Below, one piece after another: positions 1 through 12,129 of a stretch of 64,000 nt of DNA. The notes under the pieces were generated by a model that had not been told where the DNA came from, searched no databases, and saw only the letters and a program-made list of their open reading frames with translations. Within the stretch, counting starts at the first letter, position 1; every line of letters begins with the position of its first letter. Both the position numbers and the translations under genes were made by a program. Source of the stretch: Anthoceros angustus (lineage: Eukaryota; Plantae; Anthocerotophyta); the NCBI GenBank assembly GCA_010909165.1, contig MU008185.1, forward strand, positions 372,001 through 436,000, in the 5' to 3' direction.

Positions 1-363
1 GGATGAGCAGGAAGTGGAGTGGGACGCCGTTTGCTCTGCTTGCCTTTTCTTGCAAGTCCTCCTGAGAAGGTGGGACGTTGTTGTGGAGGTTGGGCTATGG
101 CTGATCCATCTCTTCCTGCCGGCGCCGCTGGCCAGCACTGGCCAGCAGAAGTGGATTCGAATCTCCCAATCACACTTGCACGCTTTTCGTTGCAACTTGC
201 AAGAGCCCACATTGATCCATATAAGATAATTGGGATGAGCAGGAAGTGGAGTGGGACGCCGTTTGCTCTGCTTGCCTTTCCTTGCAAGTCCTCCTGAGAA
301 GGTGGGACGTTGTTGTGGAGGTTGGGCTATGGCTGATCCATCTCTTCCTGCCGGCGCCCCGCT
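1..363 (+). repeat. 232-bp tandem duplication covering the 5' leader and start codon of gene copy A
   Basis: 1-131 recurs at 233-~363. The junction is at GCGCCGCTGG (122-131). Copy B has a single unit bounded by GCGCCGCTGG at 14681-14690 and 14913-14922. Confidence 0.9.
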
Positions 364-3300
364 GGTGGACCTGCTCGAAATCCTCGAGTCCCGCTCGCCG
401 CAGCTGCGTGCGTTGCTTGCAGAGCTGGAGTCCGACTCGCCAAAGCGGCAGGAACTGCCATCTGTTGATTCGTGGGGAAGCTACTTCAATTGCGACTGCC
501 AGGACGGGGAATGTCACCACCGCGAGGAGTGGCACTGGGCGGTGCGCTTGCGTCTGCTCACCGCTATCGGCAGATGCCGTACGCTCAGGAAGATTCAACT
601 GAATCCTCTGTGGAAGAGGGTCACAGCGTGAGGCGGGACGAGGCGTTGGCGCTCTTTTCAGGCTTGCAACACAACCTTGTGCTGGAGGAGCTGAATCTGT
701 TTGGCTACAAGGGGTTTGGGACGGCAGCAGCGTGCCTCCAGGCACTGAGTGCTGTCATCGACAGAACTCATCGCTCACTGGACTTCCTCGGTCTGCAATC
801 TGTGGGATTGAGTGCAGAAGGACTGGGTGCCATCGCTGCAGCCCTTGGACGCAATGTCAGCTCTTCAGTGCTGTCCAGATTGTCTCTGTGTGGGAACGAC
901 ATCGGAATGCTGTCGGGGCGCAACACTTGGCCGACATCCTTACCAAGTCGCCCAAGCTGCGCAATCTCTGGATGAGCAACCATAGGCATGGACGAGGAAG
1001 GAGCCGTGGTGATTGCAGGCCCTGGCGCATACCACTACACTGGCTGGGCTTAGAATCGGAGATCCTGCGGAATCCAAACCGGCCCGCGCCCATGTTCCTC
1101 GTTCCATTGCTCCAAGCTTTGGTGTGGCACACCCTGGCGGATCCTCCAGCTGCTGTTTCTGGCAATCACTCCATCACACGGCTTGTCCTTGAGTGTCCGG
1201 GAGGCCAGGAGGCTGTGGAGCCGGGGCTGGGAGAAGCCCTGGCTCAGGTGCTGCACCAACCGGGCTCTGAAAGACCTCAGACTATCCAGCTTCTTCGTCA
1301 CACGCGGATTGGGAGCTCTGCGGGAAAACAGCAGCATCACCAAACTCCTGGTGTTTCACTCGCGGCAGTCGGAGGATGATGACATGGATCCCATCCTGAC
1401 CACCATCCTGGATGAGTGCAAGACTGTTGAGGAGGTTCAGATCCGGTTTGACAAGCCCTTTGGTCCGTCCAGCTTCACCAAGGCGTTTTTCAAGGGTTGC
1501 TGCAGAAAACCGCAGCATCAACAGGCTGGTGTTGGATGGCTGGGATGGGCTGGACGACGAGATGTTTGAAGACCTGATTCAATCCCTGTCTACCAACACC
1601 AACACCCACCTCAGGCTGGATCACATCTCCATCAAGGGCACCTCATGGGAAAAGCAAGGCAGGGGCGAACGTCTGGAGAAAGCGTTGGGAGCTGCGCGAG
1701 TGCAGCCGCAGCTGCGTGCGTTGCTCGCAGACTTGGAGTCCGAGTCGCCAGTGCTGCAAGAACTCCCATCTGTGGATTTGTGGGAAGCTATTTCGATTGC
1801 CTTTGCCAGGAGGCCTACAGGAGTGTCAACACCGGGGCAGTGGCAGTGGTACGTACGCCTGCGCCTGCTCACAGCTATCGGCAAATGCCGGTCGCTGAGG
1901 AAGATTCATCTGAATCCTCCGGGAGGAGGGCACTTACAGCGTGAGGGAGGTAGAGGCGCTGGCTCTGCTATCAGGCTTGCAACACAACCTTGTGCTGGAG
2001 GAGCTGAATCTGTATGGCTACAAGGGGTTGGGACGGCACCCTGCCTGCAGGCATTGACTGGCGTCATGGAGATGCTATTTCTCATTGGACTTGCTGGGTC
2101 TGCAACATCTGGGATTGAGTGCAGAAGGACTGGGTGTCATCGCTGCAGCCCTTGGACGCAACCGCAGCTCAGTGCTGTCCAGATTGTCTCTTTGTGGGAA
2201 CGACATCGGGAATGCTGTCGGGGCGCAACACTTGGCCGACATCCTTACCAACTCGCCCAAGCTCCGCAATCTATGGATGAGCAACATAGGCATGAACGAG
2301 GAAGGAGCCGTGGTGATTGCACAGGCCCTGGCGCATACCACTACACTGGCTGGGCTTAGAATCGGAGATCCTGCGCCCCGGAATCCAAACCAGCCCGCGC
2401 CCATGTTCCTCGTTCCATTGCTCCAAGCTTTGGTGTGGCACACCCTGGCGGATCCTCCAGCTGCTGTTTCTGGCAATCACTCCATCACACGGCTTGTCCT
2501 CGAGTGTCCGGGAGGCCAGGAGGCTGTGGAGCCGGGGCTGGGAGAAGCCCTGGCTCAGGTGCTTCACCAACCGGGCTCTGAAAGACCTCACACTATCCAG
2601 CTTCTTCGTCACACGCGGATTGGGAGCTCTGCGGGAAAACAGCAGCATCACCAAACTCCTGGTGTTCCACTCGCGGCAGTCGGAGGATGATGACATGGAT
2701 CCCAACCTGACCGCCATCCTGGATGAGTGCAAGACTGTTGAGGAGGTGCAGATCCGGTTTGACAAGCCCTTTGGTCCGTCCAGCTTCACCAAGGCGTTTT
2801 TCAAGGGTTGCTGCAGAAAACCGCAGCATCAACATGCTGGTGTTGGATGGCTGGGATGGGCTGGACGACGAGATGTTTGAAGACCTGATTCAATCCCTGT
2901 CTACCAACACCAACACCCACCTCAGGCTGGATCACATCTCCATCAAGGGCACCTCATGGGAAAAGCAAGGCAGGGGCGAACGTCTGGAGAAAGCGTTGGG
3001 AGCTGCGCGAGTGCAGCCGCAGCTGCGTGCGTTGCTCGCAGACTTGGAGTCCGAGTCGCCAGTGCTGCAAGAACTCCCATCTGTGGATTTGTGGGAAGCT
3101 ATTTCGATTGCCTTTGCCAGGAGGCCTACAGGAGTGTCAACACCGGGGCAGTGGCAGTGGTACGTACGCCTGCGCCTGCTCACAGCTATCGGCAAATGCC
3201 GGTCGCTGAGGAAGATTCATCTGAATCCTCCGGGGAGGATGGGCACAGCGTGAGGGAGGTAGAGGCGCTGGCGCTGCTATCAGGCTTGCAACACAACCTT

Positions 3301-6300
3301 GTGCTGGAGGAGCTGAATCTGTATGGCTACGTGGGCTTTGGGACGGGACCCTGCCTGCAGGCATTGACTGGCGTCATGGAGAGATGCTATTTCTCATTGG
3401 ACTTGCTGGGTCTGCAATATCTGGGATTGAGTGCAGAAGGACTGGGTGTCATCGCTGCAGCCCTTGGACGCAACCGCAGCTCAGTGCTGTCCAGATTGTC
3501 TCTTTGTGGGAACGACATCGGAATGCTGTCAGGGCGCAACATTTGGCCGACATCCTGAGGAATTCGATCGCCCTCCGCAATCTCTGGATGAGCAATATTG
3601 GCATGGATGAGGAAGGAGCCGTGCTGATTGCAGAGGCCCTGGCGAATACCACCACCCTGATCCGTCTCAGAATCGGAGACCCTGCGGAATCCAAACCAGC
3701 CCGCGCCCATGTTCATTGGTCCAATTCTCGAAGCTTTGGTGTGGCCGGATTCGGAGAATCAGGAGGATTGTCATCCTCTGCTTCTAGAGCCACTTCCAAT
3801 CGCTCCATCAGGCTGCTTGTTCTTGAGTGCCCAGGAGGCCAGCAGGCCGTGGAGCCGGGACTGGGAGAAGCCCTGGCTCGGTGCTGCGCACCAACCGTGC
3901 TCTCACTGACCTCAGACTTGCCAGCTTCTTCGTCACACGCGGATTGGAAGCGCTACCTGAAAACAGCAGCATCACCCAACTCCAAGTAAGTCACACGCGG
4001 AATTCGGAGGATGATGACATGGATCCTATGCTGATCACGATTCTTCAGGAGTGCAAGAATGTCCAGCAGCTGCAGCTTCAGTTTTATAAGCCCTTTGGTC
4101 CATCCAGCTTCTCCAAGGCGTTTTTCCAAGGGTTGCGGGATAATCGTAGCATCAAGACGCTTGTGTTGGATGACTGCGAAGGATTGGATGACTACATGTT
4201 CCAGAACTTGATGCGGTCTCTGGGACGCAACTGCAACAACGTCCTGGAGAACATTTCCATCAAGAAAACAACCTGGGAAAGCGAAGGCAAAGGAATATAC
4301 ATCCAGAATGCTCTCTCAAGGAACATGCGCAGAAGAAGCGCTGCTCCGCAGGGTAGGTGCCCAAGCCAGTAGCTAGCTACCCTTGTCCTGATTTGTATCT
4401 ACAGTCAGAACCCACAAACTCAGATGTATACTGACCCCTTCTCACTTGTGCAGGTTCGGAAGAAGTGCCACCACCGGTCACGGCAACTGTGGCAACCTCT
4501 GATGCCGCAGCAGGTAATGAAACTACATGAATCCATGGATTTGATCCAACCACTTCCAAGCTGTTGTTGTTGTTGCAATTTGTACCGAATGCACCACTTG
4601 ATGCTGCTGCTGGCAGGCAGTCTGATGATTGACTGATTGGCTGTTTTGTTTTCACCACAATTTCCAGTTGCTGTTCCTGAGGAGCTCAGTGCCCTGCTTG
4701 CCGAGCTCGACTCACCTTCGCCCACTCAGTAGTCTTCCTCGTGGAAGCGTTTGGGCACTTGTTCAAGAGGGACGTGGAACATCCACAGGTGGAACTTGAA
4801 CTGCGCATGCGCCTTATGAAGGCTATCGGAAATGCCCCACACTCAGATTCATAGATCTCGACCTCTTGGGCGTCGAAATTACAGGGTGACGGTGGCAGAG
4901 GCGATGGCGCTGCTAGAAGGCCTGAGCTCGAATGCAATAGTGGAACGGCTGGACTTGAGTGGCTTCCTTGGTTTTGGAACAGGTGAAGTCTGCGCTGCAA
5001 TCGCCGCTATCTTGCAATCCAGCCGCACCTTGCAATTTCTGAATATGGGATACACTGGCATGACTGTCGAAGGACTGGCTTGCATTGCCCTACTGCGACA
5101 TAATCGCAGCACTGTGCTTCGCACCTTGTATCTTTCTGGAAACACGACTGTGGGAGAAGGTGTTGGAGCTCAACACCTGGCTGATATCCTGACCAGCACT
5201 CCCGCTCTTCGCAACCTGGGGATGTGGGATACAGGGATGGATGAGGCGGGAGCATTGATGATAGGGGATGCTCTGGCTCAGAACACCACACTTGACTGGC
5301 TGAACATAGGATTCAATCAAGCGTGGAGGCCAAAGCAGGCAGGGATGATGGCCACGCTGTTAGCTCGAGCATTCACCCTGGCATGCTGGACGCAGACCAG
5401 GAGGCTGAAGGTGTTGCTCCCAAGCTTCCTTCTGTTAACGAGTCTGTCACACATCTCCAGCTGGAAGTATGGGGAGCAGGACAGCAGCCTGTCATCGCTG
5501 AGTTGGGAGAAGCTGTGGCCCGCATGCTGCGGTCGAACATGACTTTAAGGCATCTCGATGTATGTAGCTGCTTTATAAGCCAGGGATTGGAGGGGCTGTG
5601 TGACAACAGCAGCGTTATCCGTGTGACAGTCCGACATGGTAGCTCTAGTGCTAAGGAGGACTACTGCAAGCTGATGCCAATACTGCAGAGTTGCCAGACA
5701 GTGGAAAGTTTACAATTAGCTCAGAACAGTTTGGGACCTTTGGGATCATCCGACCTCCCGAAGACGTTTTTCAAATCGTTGCAGGACAATCGTTACCTCA
5801 ACAGGTTGGTGTTGGATGGCTGGAAAGGGTTGGACGACAATATGTTCCAAGACCTGTTGCGGGCTCTGCAAGTGAACACCAATTTGAAGAGTATATCGTT
5901 CGAGAACACTGTGTGGAAAAGTCAGGAAAAGGAGCTGCAGTGGATGAACTACTACGCCAAAACAGGGAATACCGGAAAGCTCTGGCAGGGGCTCCAACAA
6001 TGCCAGTGAAATCATGTCGCCTCGTACTTTGTGGATTTCCATATGCAGGTGAGCCACGTGCTGAACCCAAAGTTTGTACATCCCCAAATGGCGTAGTTGT
6101 GGCAGACTTCACTGCAGTTGTTTCTGTCTTCTCTACATCTGTTTTCTTGTCTTAACGTTGTTTTCGTCTCCGGAGTGTAATCGGTGGTAAATGTTGCTGT
6201 TTCAGGAAAACCACGATACGGAATACGTTGATGAGTATGCAAACACACGAAAACGATGTTGAGATGGAGGGTGAAACGATTTCGAAGCACATACCTCGAA

Positions 6301-9019
6301 CCCTTGGGTTTGAGGTTGAGGTGATAAAAGATGGTCCAGCCTTGAGAATTACCGTTTGGGATCTTGCAGGGCACCAGGAGTTTCATGCTCTTCACGATTT
6401 CGTCTTTCCTGCTGTGAATAACTCTTCTCTCTTCTTGTTTGTCTATAACCCGTTCAAATTTGGTGGTAATTATTCAAGTGCGGAAATGAAGGATAGAAAG
6501 GATTTTCGAGATGAATTTATTTATTGGCTTAAATTTATTGCTTCCAACTCGCGGTTAGCTCAACAGGTGAAACCTTATGTTCATGTGGTGGTAACATTTG
6601 GTGACAAGCTTGAAGGTAGGATGTCTTGAAGGTTGCAATACGGAGGAAGTGTTGGTGATGAAGAAAAGTTCATGGCTGTTGTGGAAACATCCAATGAACC
6701 CACTTTCATCAATGGACAGAGTTGGAAAGATGTGTATGCTCACGCCTCATAGAGGAAAAGCTACGCCAGCCAGCAAATTGGCCCCAATTCCCAATATTTG
6801 TGAGCAGACCGTATACATGTGCAAAGATGGGCTGAGGATCAACAAGGTATGCCAATCATTTCTGTTGAGAAGTTTAGTGAGTTGTTTCATAGCACATGTA
6901 AGGCGGCAATAGGGCATCCACTCATCTCGAGGATTACTGATTTCTTAGAGACTTCATGGACAAAGAGGATAGCTGGAAAGTAGTAGCATCATATCTCAAG
7001 GATTCGGGAGATCATATATTTCCAAATGTCACAGCTTATGGTCATCAACCTCCGATGGTTAGGAATGGGCGTTTTGGTCAGCTGATTAGTATATTTGGTG
7101 AACGGACAATAGGCAAGATTGGCTTCAAGTTCAAAATGGGTTCATCAGCAAATATGGGTTGAGTAGCCTTCTAAAAATGTCTTTGAACAAGGTAGGGCTT
7201 GATGAAACCATTGTGAGCGAGGAACAATTCATCCAATTGATGCTGAGTTACACCTTTGCCACGAAAGTAGAGATGAGGAAGGAGAAGTGCGTTATTTTGT
7301 TCCAATATGTATGCATAAAGAAGAAGATGGAGTTGATCAACAGTTAGTATGGCCTTCACGGTGGTAATCTTCATGATTATATCTTTATGGGTTTGCGTCT
7401 ACAATGTGATGATCAAGATTGTACATTCCTCACACCAGGATTTTTCCCTAGGTTACAGGTTTGTAACTTTTCTCAAGCTCACTATCTTTTGTTTTATGTC
7501 CTTGGAAACTTCTTCTTTTGTTTATTATTATTATTATTATTAGTCTCATTGTTCCTATATATTGTAGGTACTTTTATACACATATTGTTTGACAAAAGGC
7601 TGGGTTGATGAGGAAAGACCAATTGATTCAGAATAAAATTGGAGCCTAATGTCCTTTTAATATCTGCAGAGGCATTGGATATCTTTGTGGAATTTAATGC
7701 TGAATTGGTTGCTACATAGATATCTTGGCCCGATCTACTCAAGGCTATTTAGAGTCCATGTCATTTTGAAGGAACATATTGTATCTCGATTCGGGCATTT
7801 TGTGCTTCGTATGAGGGTTGTGCAGGTCACATTGGTTGAAGGTGTTCTTCGACATGAATGTGTGGCATCCCTCACTCTATGAACATAGGAGACACGAGTG
7901 TATCGGCGGATAAGCTAGTCAAAGCGGTGGCTGCTGCAAAGGACCGATGCTATGCTCACTCACTACCTTGGACACAGGCCTGTGTGGCGCAGGCTCTCAT
8001 TTTAAAGGCCAACATAGAGTATGCAACCGTGGTGAATGGTCATGTCATTTTGGGACAAAAGAGGACCTTGCCCAGCGAGTTCCAAGGTTGAAGCTCTCAA
8101 TCCTGTGAATAGTCTTTGTTTTGCTAGGTGTCCTTGTTCATGTAGTTTTCTATAGCATTACAGTAGGCCGTTTCTTGCAAACTCGAGGTGCATTGCAGGA
8201 TCAAAATCTAGCGGAGAAGATGCTGAAACTTCTACTATCCCATAAGTGCAAAGTGCGAAAGAAGAACCTATTGTTGGGAGTAGTTATCCTAACCATGGTG
8301 TGGAAGGAGGAAAGCGAAGAGGTTTGGCAATGATTGAGTATGGAAGTGGACGGACTGGAGGAGCTTGGGCGAGGCGAGAAGCTCTTTTGAGACTTTGGCA
8401 TTTGATACTATATATTAGTGGGCAGTTGAGAGTGTGAAAGCACGATTTAGGAGCGTTGCCAAACTCCTACCTAGCTAAGGACGATTGCTTTTCATGTTGC
8501 ATCAATGCTCATGGGGATTGAAGAAGATGGCGAGACAATACATTCTCATAAGTGGAGCACGGCGGAGAAGCTATATGTTGATGATGACATCTTGAAGCCC
8601 ATCTCGAATCCACGTGGTTGAGAGACAAGCCCAAGGTGTTTTGATCAATGCTTGTCGAGCCTTGGTAGCCTTATCACAAGCGAGAAGCTAAGGACTCTAA
8701 AGTTGAGAGTAGCCAAATGGTGAGCAAGAGAGCCGGAGAAGTCCGATTCACATTACATGAAGGATTGTCTCATCTTCTTCTCGACGATCATGGACAACAA
8801 TCCTTTAGAGATGTTGAGAAAGGCACAAACTTTATCACGGCTTTGATGAAAGCCATCATTCGGTGTCGAAGAAGGGATGATGTGTGACATTTTAACATCG
8901 ATGATTGCGAGGTCACGGAGATAGAAGTCAAGCTCCCAAGTGAAGAAGGAAGGCGAGAAGAGATCCGGTGTCGAGTTGTACTCCACACTCACAAAAAGCT
9001 TTGCTGGTCTTTACCATAA
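329..9019 (+). CDS. TORNADO1-like LRR-Roc-COR protein with C-terminal caspase domain, copy A (heavily frameshifted as assembled)
   Basis: ATG 329 (MADPSLPAG). RNI-like LRRs (LEELNL, LSRLSLCGNDIG, LRNLWMSNIGM). P-loop VLCGFPYAG|KTT. G3 VWDLAGHQEFHALHD. COR QCDDQDCTFLTPGFFPRLQV. Caspase INAHG, KPKVF-LINACR, STLTKK; TAA 9017-9019. GT-AG introns at about 4353-4453, 4514-4667, 6049-6205, 7459-7567. Confidence 0.85.
399..5990 (+). repeat. Four ~1.31-kb (~438 aa) LRR super-modules inside the ROCO gene
   Basis: CGCAGCTGCGTGCGTTGCT (PQLRALL) starts at 399, 1707 and 3018. A diverged fourth module (ELSALLAEL) starts near 4680. Copy B equivalents are 14956, 16269, 17585 and ~19265. Confidence 0.95.
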
Positions 9020-10504
9020 GTTCACTCACTTGGCCACGGAATTCGGTGTGGCCATGTTCCTTCATCCGTAACCAAACTCTAGTAGAATCATCGTTTCCAA
9101 CAAGACATTGTTGGTGCAGCAAATTGCTTCTAATGCGGTCTCATTTGTCCTTTTCTGCTCATTTCTTGTTCGTGGCTCGCATACAATTTGGAGAAAACAA
9201 CTCCTTACGTGGATGAACACAGTGGGTGAGAGCTCATGGACTTTAGGGAGGAAAGAACAAGGAGTTATGGACGGCATACTCTTTGGTTTCAAGAAGCAAG
9301 TCCGGATGTAAGCGTTCTCGATCGAATGACTTCTAGTCCTTTTGCATATTAGATGTGTGTTCCATCTTCTTGAGTGGACGGATGTCCCTCACTCAAATCG
9401 CGTTTGAGGCTTGCCTTTCTTTCACGATGAGAAAACACAAAGCGCGGACAGTAGCTCACAGCGTGCTAGTGCCAAACCCTCATCTCCGGTGTTAGGGCTA
9501 TGACATTTTCGCTATTGAAATCTGGATTAGGTTACTTTTCATGCATCACCGGCACAAACATGTATGTAAGTTTGTGTTGCATCAATGCTCATGGGGATTG
9601 AAGAAGATGCTAGTAGGTCACACTCCATGCTCATGGGGATTGAAGAAGATGGCGAGGTCCAGTGGGAACTTGCTTTGTGCATTAGTTCGCTGGATGACAC
9701 TTACCTGTACCTAGAATCATTTGTGCCGGAATTTTAGAACCTGTTGTCACAGCTTGATCGAGGTTGAAGGCCGAGATCAATCACCCCGAAGGAGCAGCGA
9801 AACTTTGATGCGATGCTAGCGTGTTCCGGGAGCGAGAGCAAGCTGGGAAGCTATGCACAATTTGTATAGCATGATTGTGGCCAGAACTCGGTAAGCAACC
9901 TGGTGCCACTAGTGGTTAGAAGCACCCTAGCGCGGTGCTTCTACTAGCCTTCATGGGTAGCGTATATGACTATATAATCGCCATGTCTATCCATGACAAT
10001 CTTTGTTTCTGTTTATGTTTATCCCTGTCTATATTGCTATGATTATTTGCAAGGTACAGTTCTCAATTAGAGTATAGAGTACTTTACTAGGACTTACAAC
10101 AAAAATATATATTTACTTTTAAATATCTAGAATGGCAACAAAGAAGCCTTTTATAGTCCACTCGGACAGAATTTCCTTAACAACTTGTATCATGGTGCAC
10201 ACCTCAAAACGTGCTCAAACAACCCGGAACATGGAGGGCAATCACGCTCGTGTTTGAGTCACGTGTCGAGCACTAAGACATGAGTCAAGTCTCCGTACTA
10301 AGACATGAGTCACATCTTTGAGTACAAAACAATACTAACAAGCTAAAATGGAGACTCTTCTAATGAGGGATACAATATAAGCATGTGTAGGCATGAGTGG
10401 CACAAGAAGATGCTAGTAGGTCACACTCCATACCCGATCATCGGATAAAAACTAATGTAGTTTAGGTTTGAATTTGCGTGGAACTTGGCAATACGAAACT
10501 ATGA

Positions 10505-10615
10505 CCCAAATATATATTCATGTATCAATGTGTTAACAAACCCAAACATATATGCATGTATCGATATGTTAGCAAACCCAAATATATATGAACATATCAA
10601 TCTCCTAGCAAACTA
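10505..10615. repeat. ~37-bp degenerate minisatellite, 3 units
   Basis: Repeated CCCAAA(T/C)ATATAT...(T)ATC(A/G)AT...TAGCAAAC units. Confidence 0.7.
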
Positions 10616-10714
10616 GTACAACAAGTGTGTAGTTGAAATGGTTTGGGCCAAATGCACTCACATTTTTAAGAATACAGTTGTTAAGCATCCTGCACTTTAG
10701 ATTGGTACTTAGAT

Positions 10715-10926
10715 GGGCTGCCTAGAGCGAGTGGATGACCTTGGTGCAAGTACTTTAAGAACACCATGTTAAAAATTGGTGCAAGTACTTTAAGAACACC
10801 ATCCGTCCTTAGTGGACTTAAATAAAATTCTTCTTCTTCTTCTACTTTAAGAACACCGTATTACAAATTGTTAAATACCAAGTCCCATGACATGAAAATT
10901 CTTTGTCAGGTGGACAATAGTAGATG

Positions 10927-10957
<31 letters not shown>

Positions 10958-11100
10958 GGGGTGCCTAGAGCGAGTGGATGCCCTTGATGCAAATACCTTA
11001 AGAACATCATATTACAAATTGTTAAATACCAAGTCCCATGACATGAAAATTCTTTATCAAGTGGACTATAATAGATAACTTCTTCTTCTTCTTCTTCTTC
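10715..11100 (+). mobile_element. Two tandem ~140-bp retroposon-like tails ending in (TTC)n, the first carrying an inserted LINE 3' end
   Basis: GCCTAGAGCGAGTGGATG...ATTACAAATTGTTAAATACCAAGTCCCATGACATGAAAATTCTTT...(TTC)n occurs twice. GTCCTTAGTGGACTTAAATAAAATTCTTC at ~10805 matches ~25030. Confidence 0.55.
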
Positions 11101-12129
11101 GTACATACGTACCATAACGAAACCTAACCCACCCAAGTGCTACCAATAGCAAATGGTGGTGGACGTGAAAGCTGATATGTTGTTGGCTAGGAAATATGGA
11201 CCAAAAGAGAGGTCACAGATGATAAAAGAGAATCTGTTCATCTAATGTAACAGAATTTTTATCCCGATCAATAGACGAGAATTCGACTTGATCTTCTAAC
11301 TGAGCCATGATCTTCTAAAAAGACATGATCTTCTAAGTGAGCCATGATCTTAGAAATTCTGCTTAGGACCTGAAAGTATGCCTAAACCCCGTAGAAACAT
11401 ATCAATGTACTGTAACTTGAAAACGGACGATGCAGAAACAGGTTCAGTGGACGCAAATCGTTCGACAATCAATGATGCAGAGCTGGGTTCCATGGACGCT
11501 GATCTCCGGAGGTACCCGTTAGAATCCGAACAGCCCGTCGATACTAAGTTCGAAGAGTGAGGTATGTAAAACAATTTCAACTCGGGAAGCAGAGCAGCAC
11601 AGCATTTGACGGCGAGCATAGACGCATTGGAACAAGTTAGAACTCACCCTGGAAGTCAGCCGTCACTGTGTCAACCTTCAGGCTCTCAACATGGAGTTGA
11701 TTCTTAGGACTTGTACAAGTCAGCAGAGCAATGCATGTCTGCAACTACCGGTGGTGAGGAACTGCCGACCTGGCACCTCCTGATGTTGCAAATCACTGCA
11801 TGATGCATTCTTCGACAGATGCTATATGCTTGGTTTGGTTGCAGCGGAGGCATCTGGGCAGGCACGATGGCGGGAGAAGTCGCTGGCTAACTCTCCGTTG
11901 TGATGCCGGTTCATGTCAGATAAGGTAAATTGGGCACTTGTGGTGATGATGCTCATGTGTTTGCACTGTTTGGGGCTGGTGTTTTGATCACGCCACAATG
12001 CAGGCAGCCCCAAGTTCGTGTAATGGGTACACAGCACAGCAAGGGAGGTAAACCACGTGAAGAGGAACATCTGAGTAAGGAGTAAGGCCGTTGAGGTCCT
12101 GGACCTTCTGGTGCAGCCAGGGTGGTATG

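Larger units (their letters stand above)
1..9751 (+). repeat. ~9.8-kb direct segmental duplication, copy A (matches 14681-24462)
   Basis: Colinear near-identity from the leader to ...TAGAAC(C)TGTTGTCACA at 9751/24462. Differences are mostly 1-bp indels, densest at 6.7-9.7 kb. Confidence 0.95.

Noticed and set aside
9917-9947. Helitron 3' end (TAGAAGCACC/GGTGCTTCTA hairpin plus CTAG)
   Set aside because: CTAG abuts the hairpin with no spacer and is not followed by T; no 5' TC end or Rep/Hel sequence was seen.
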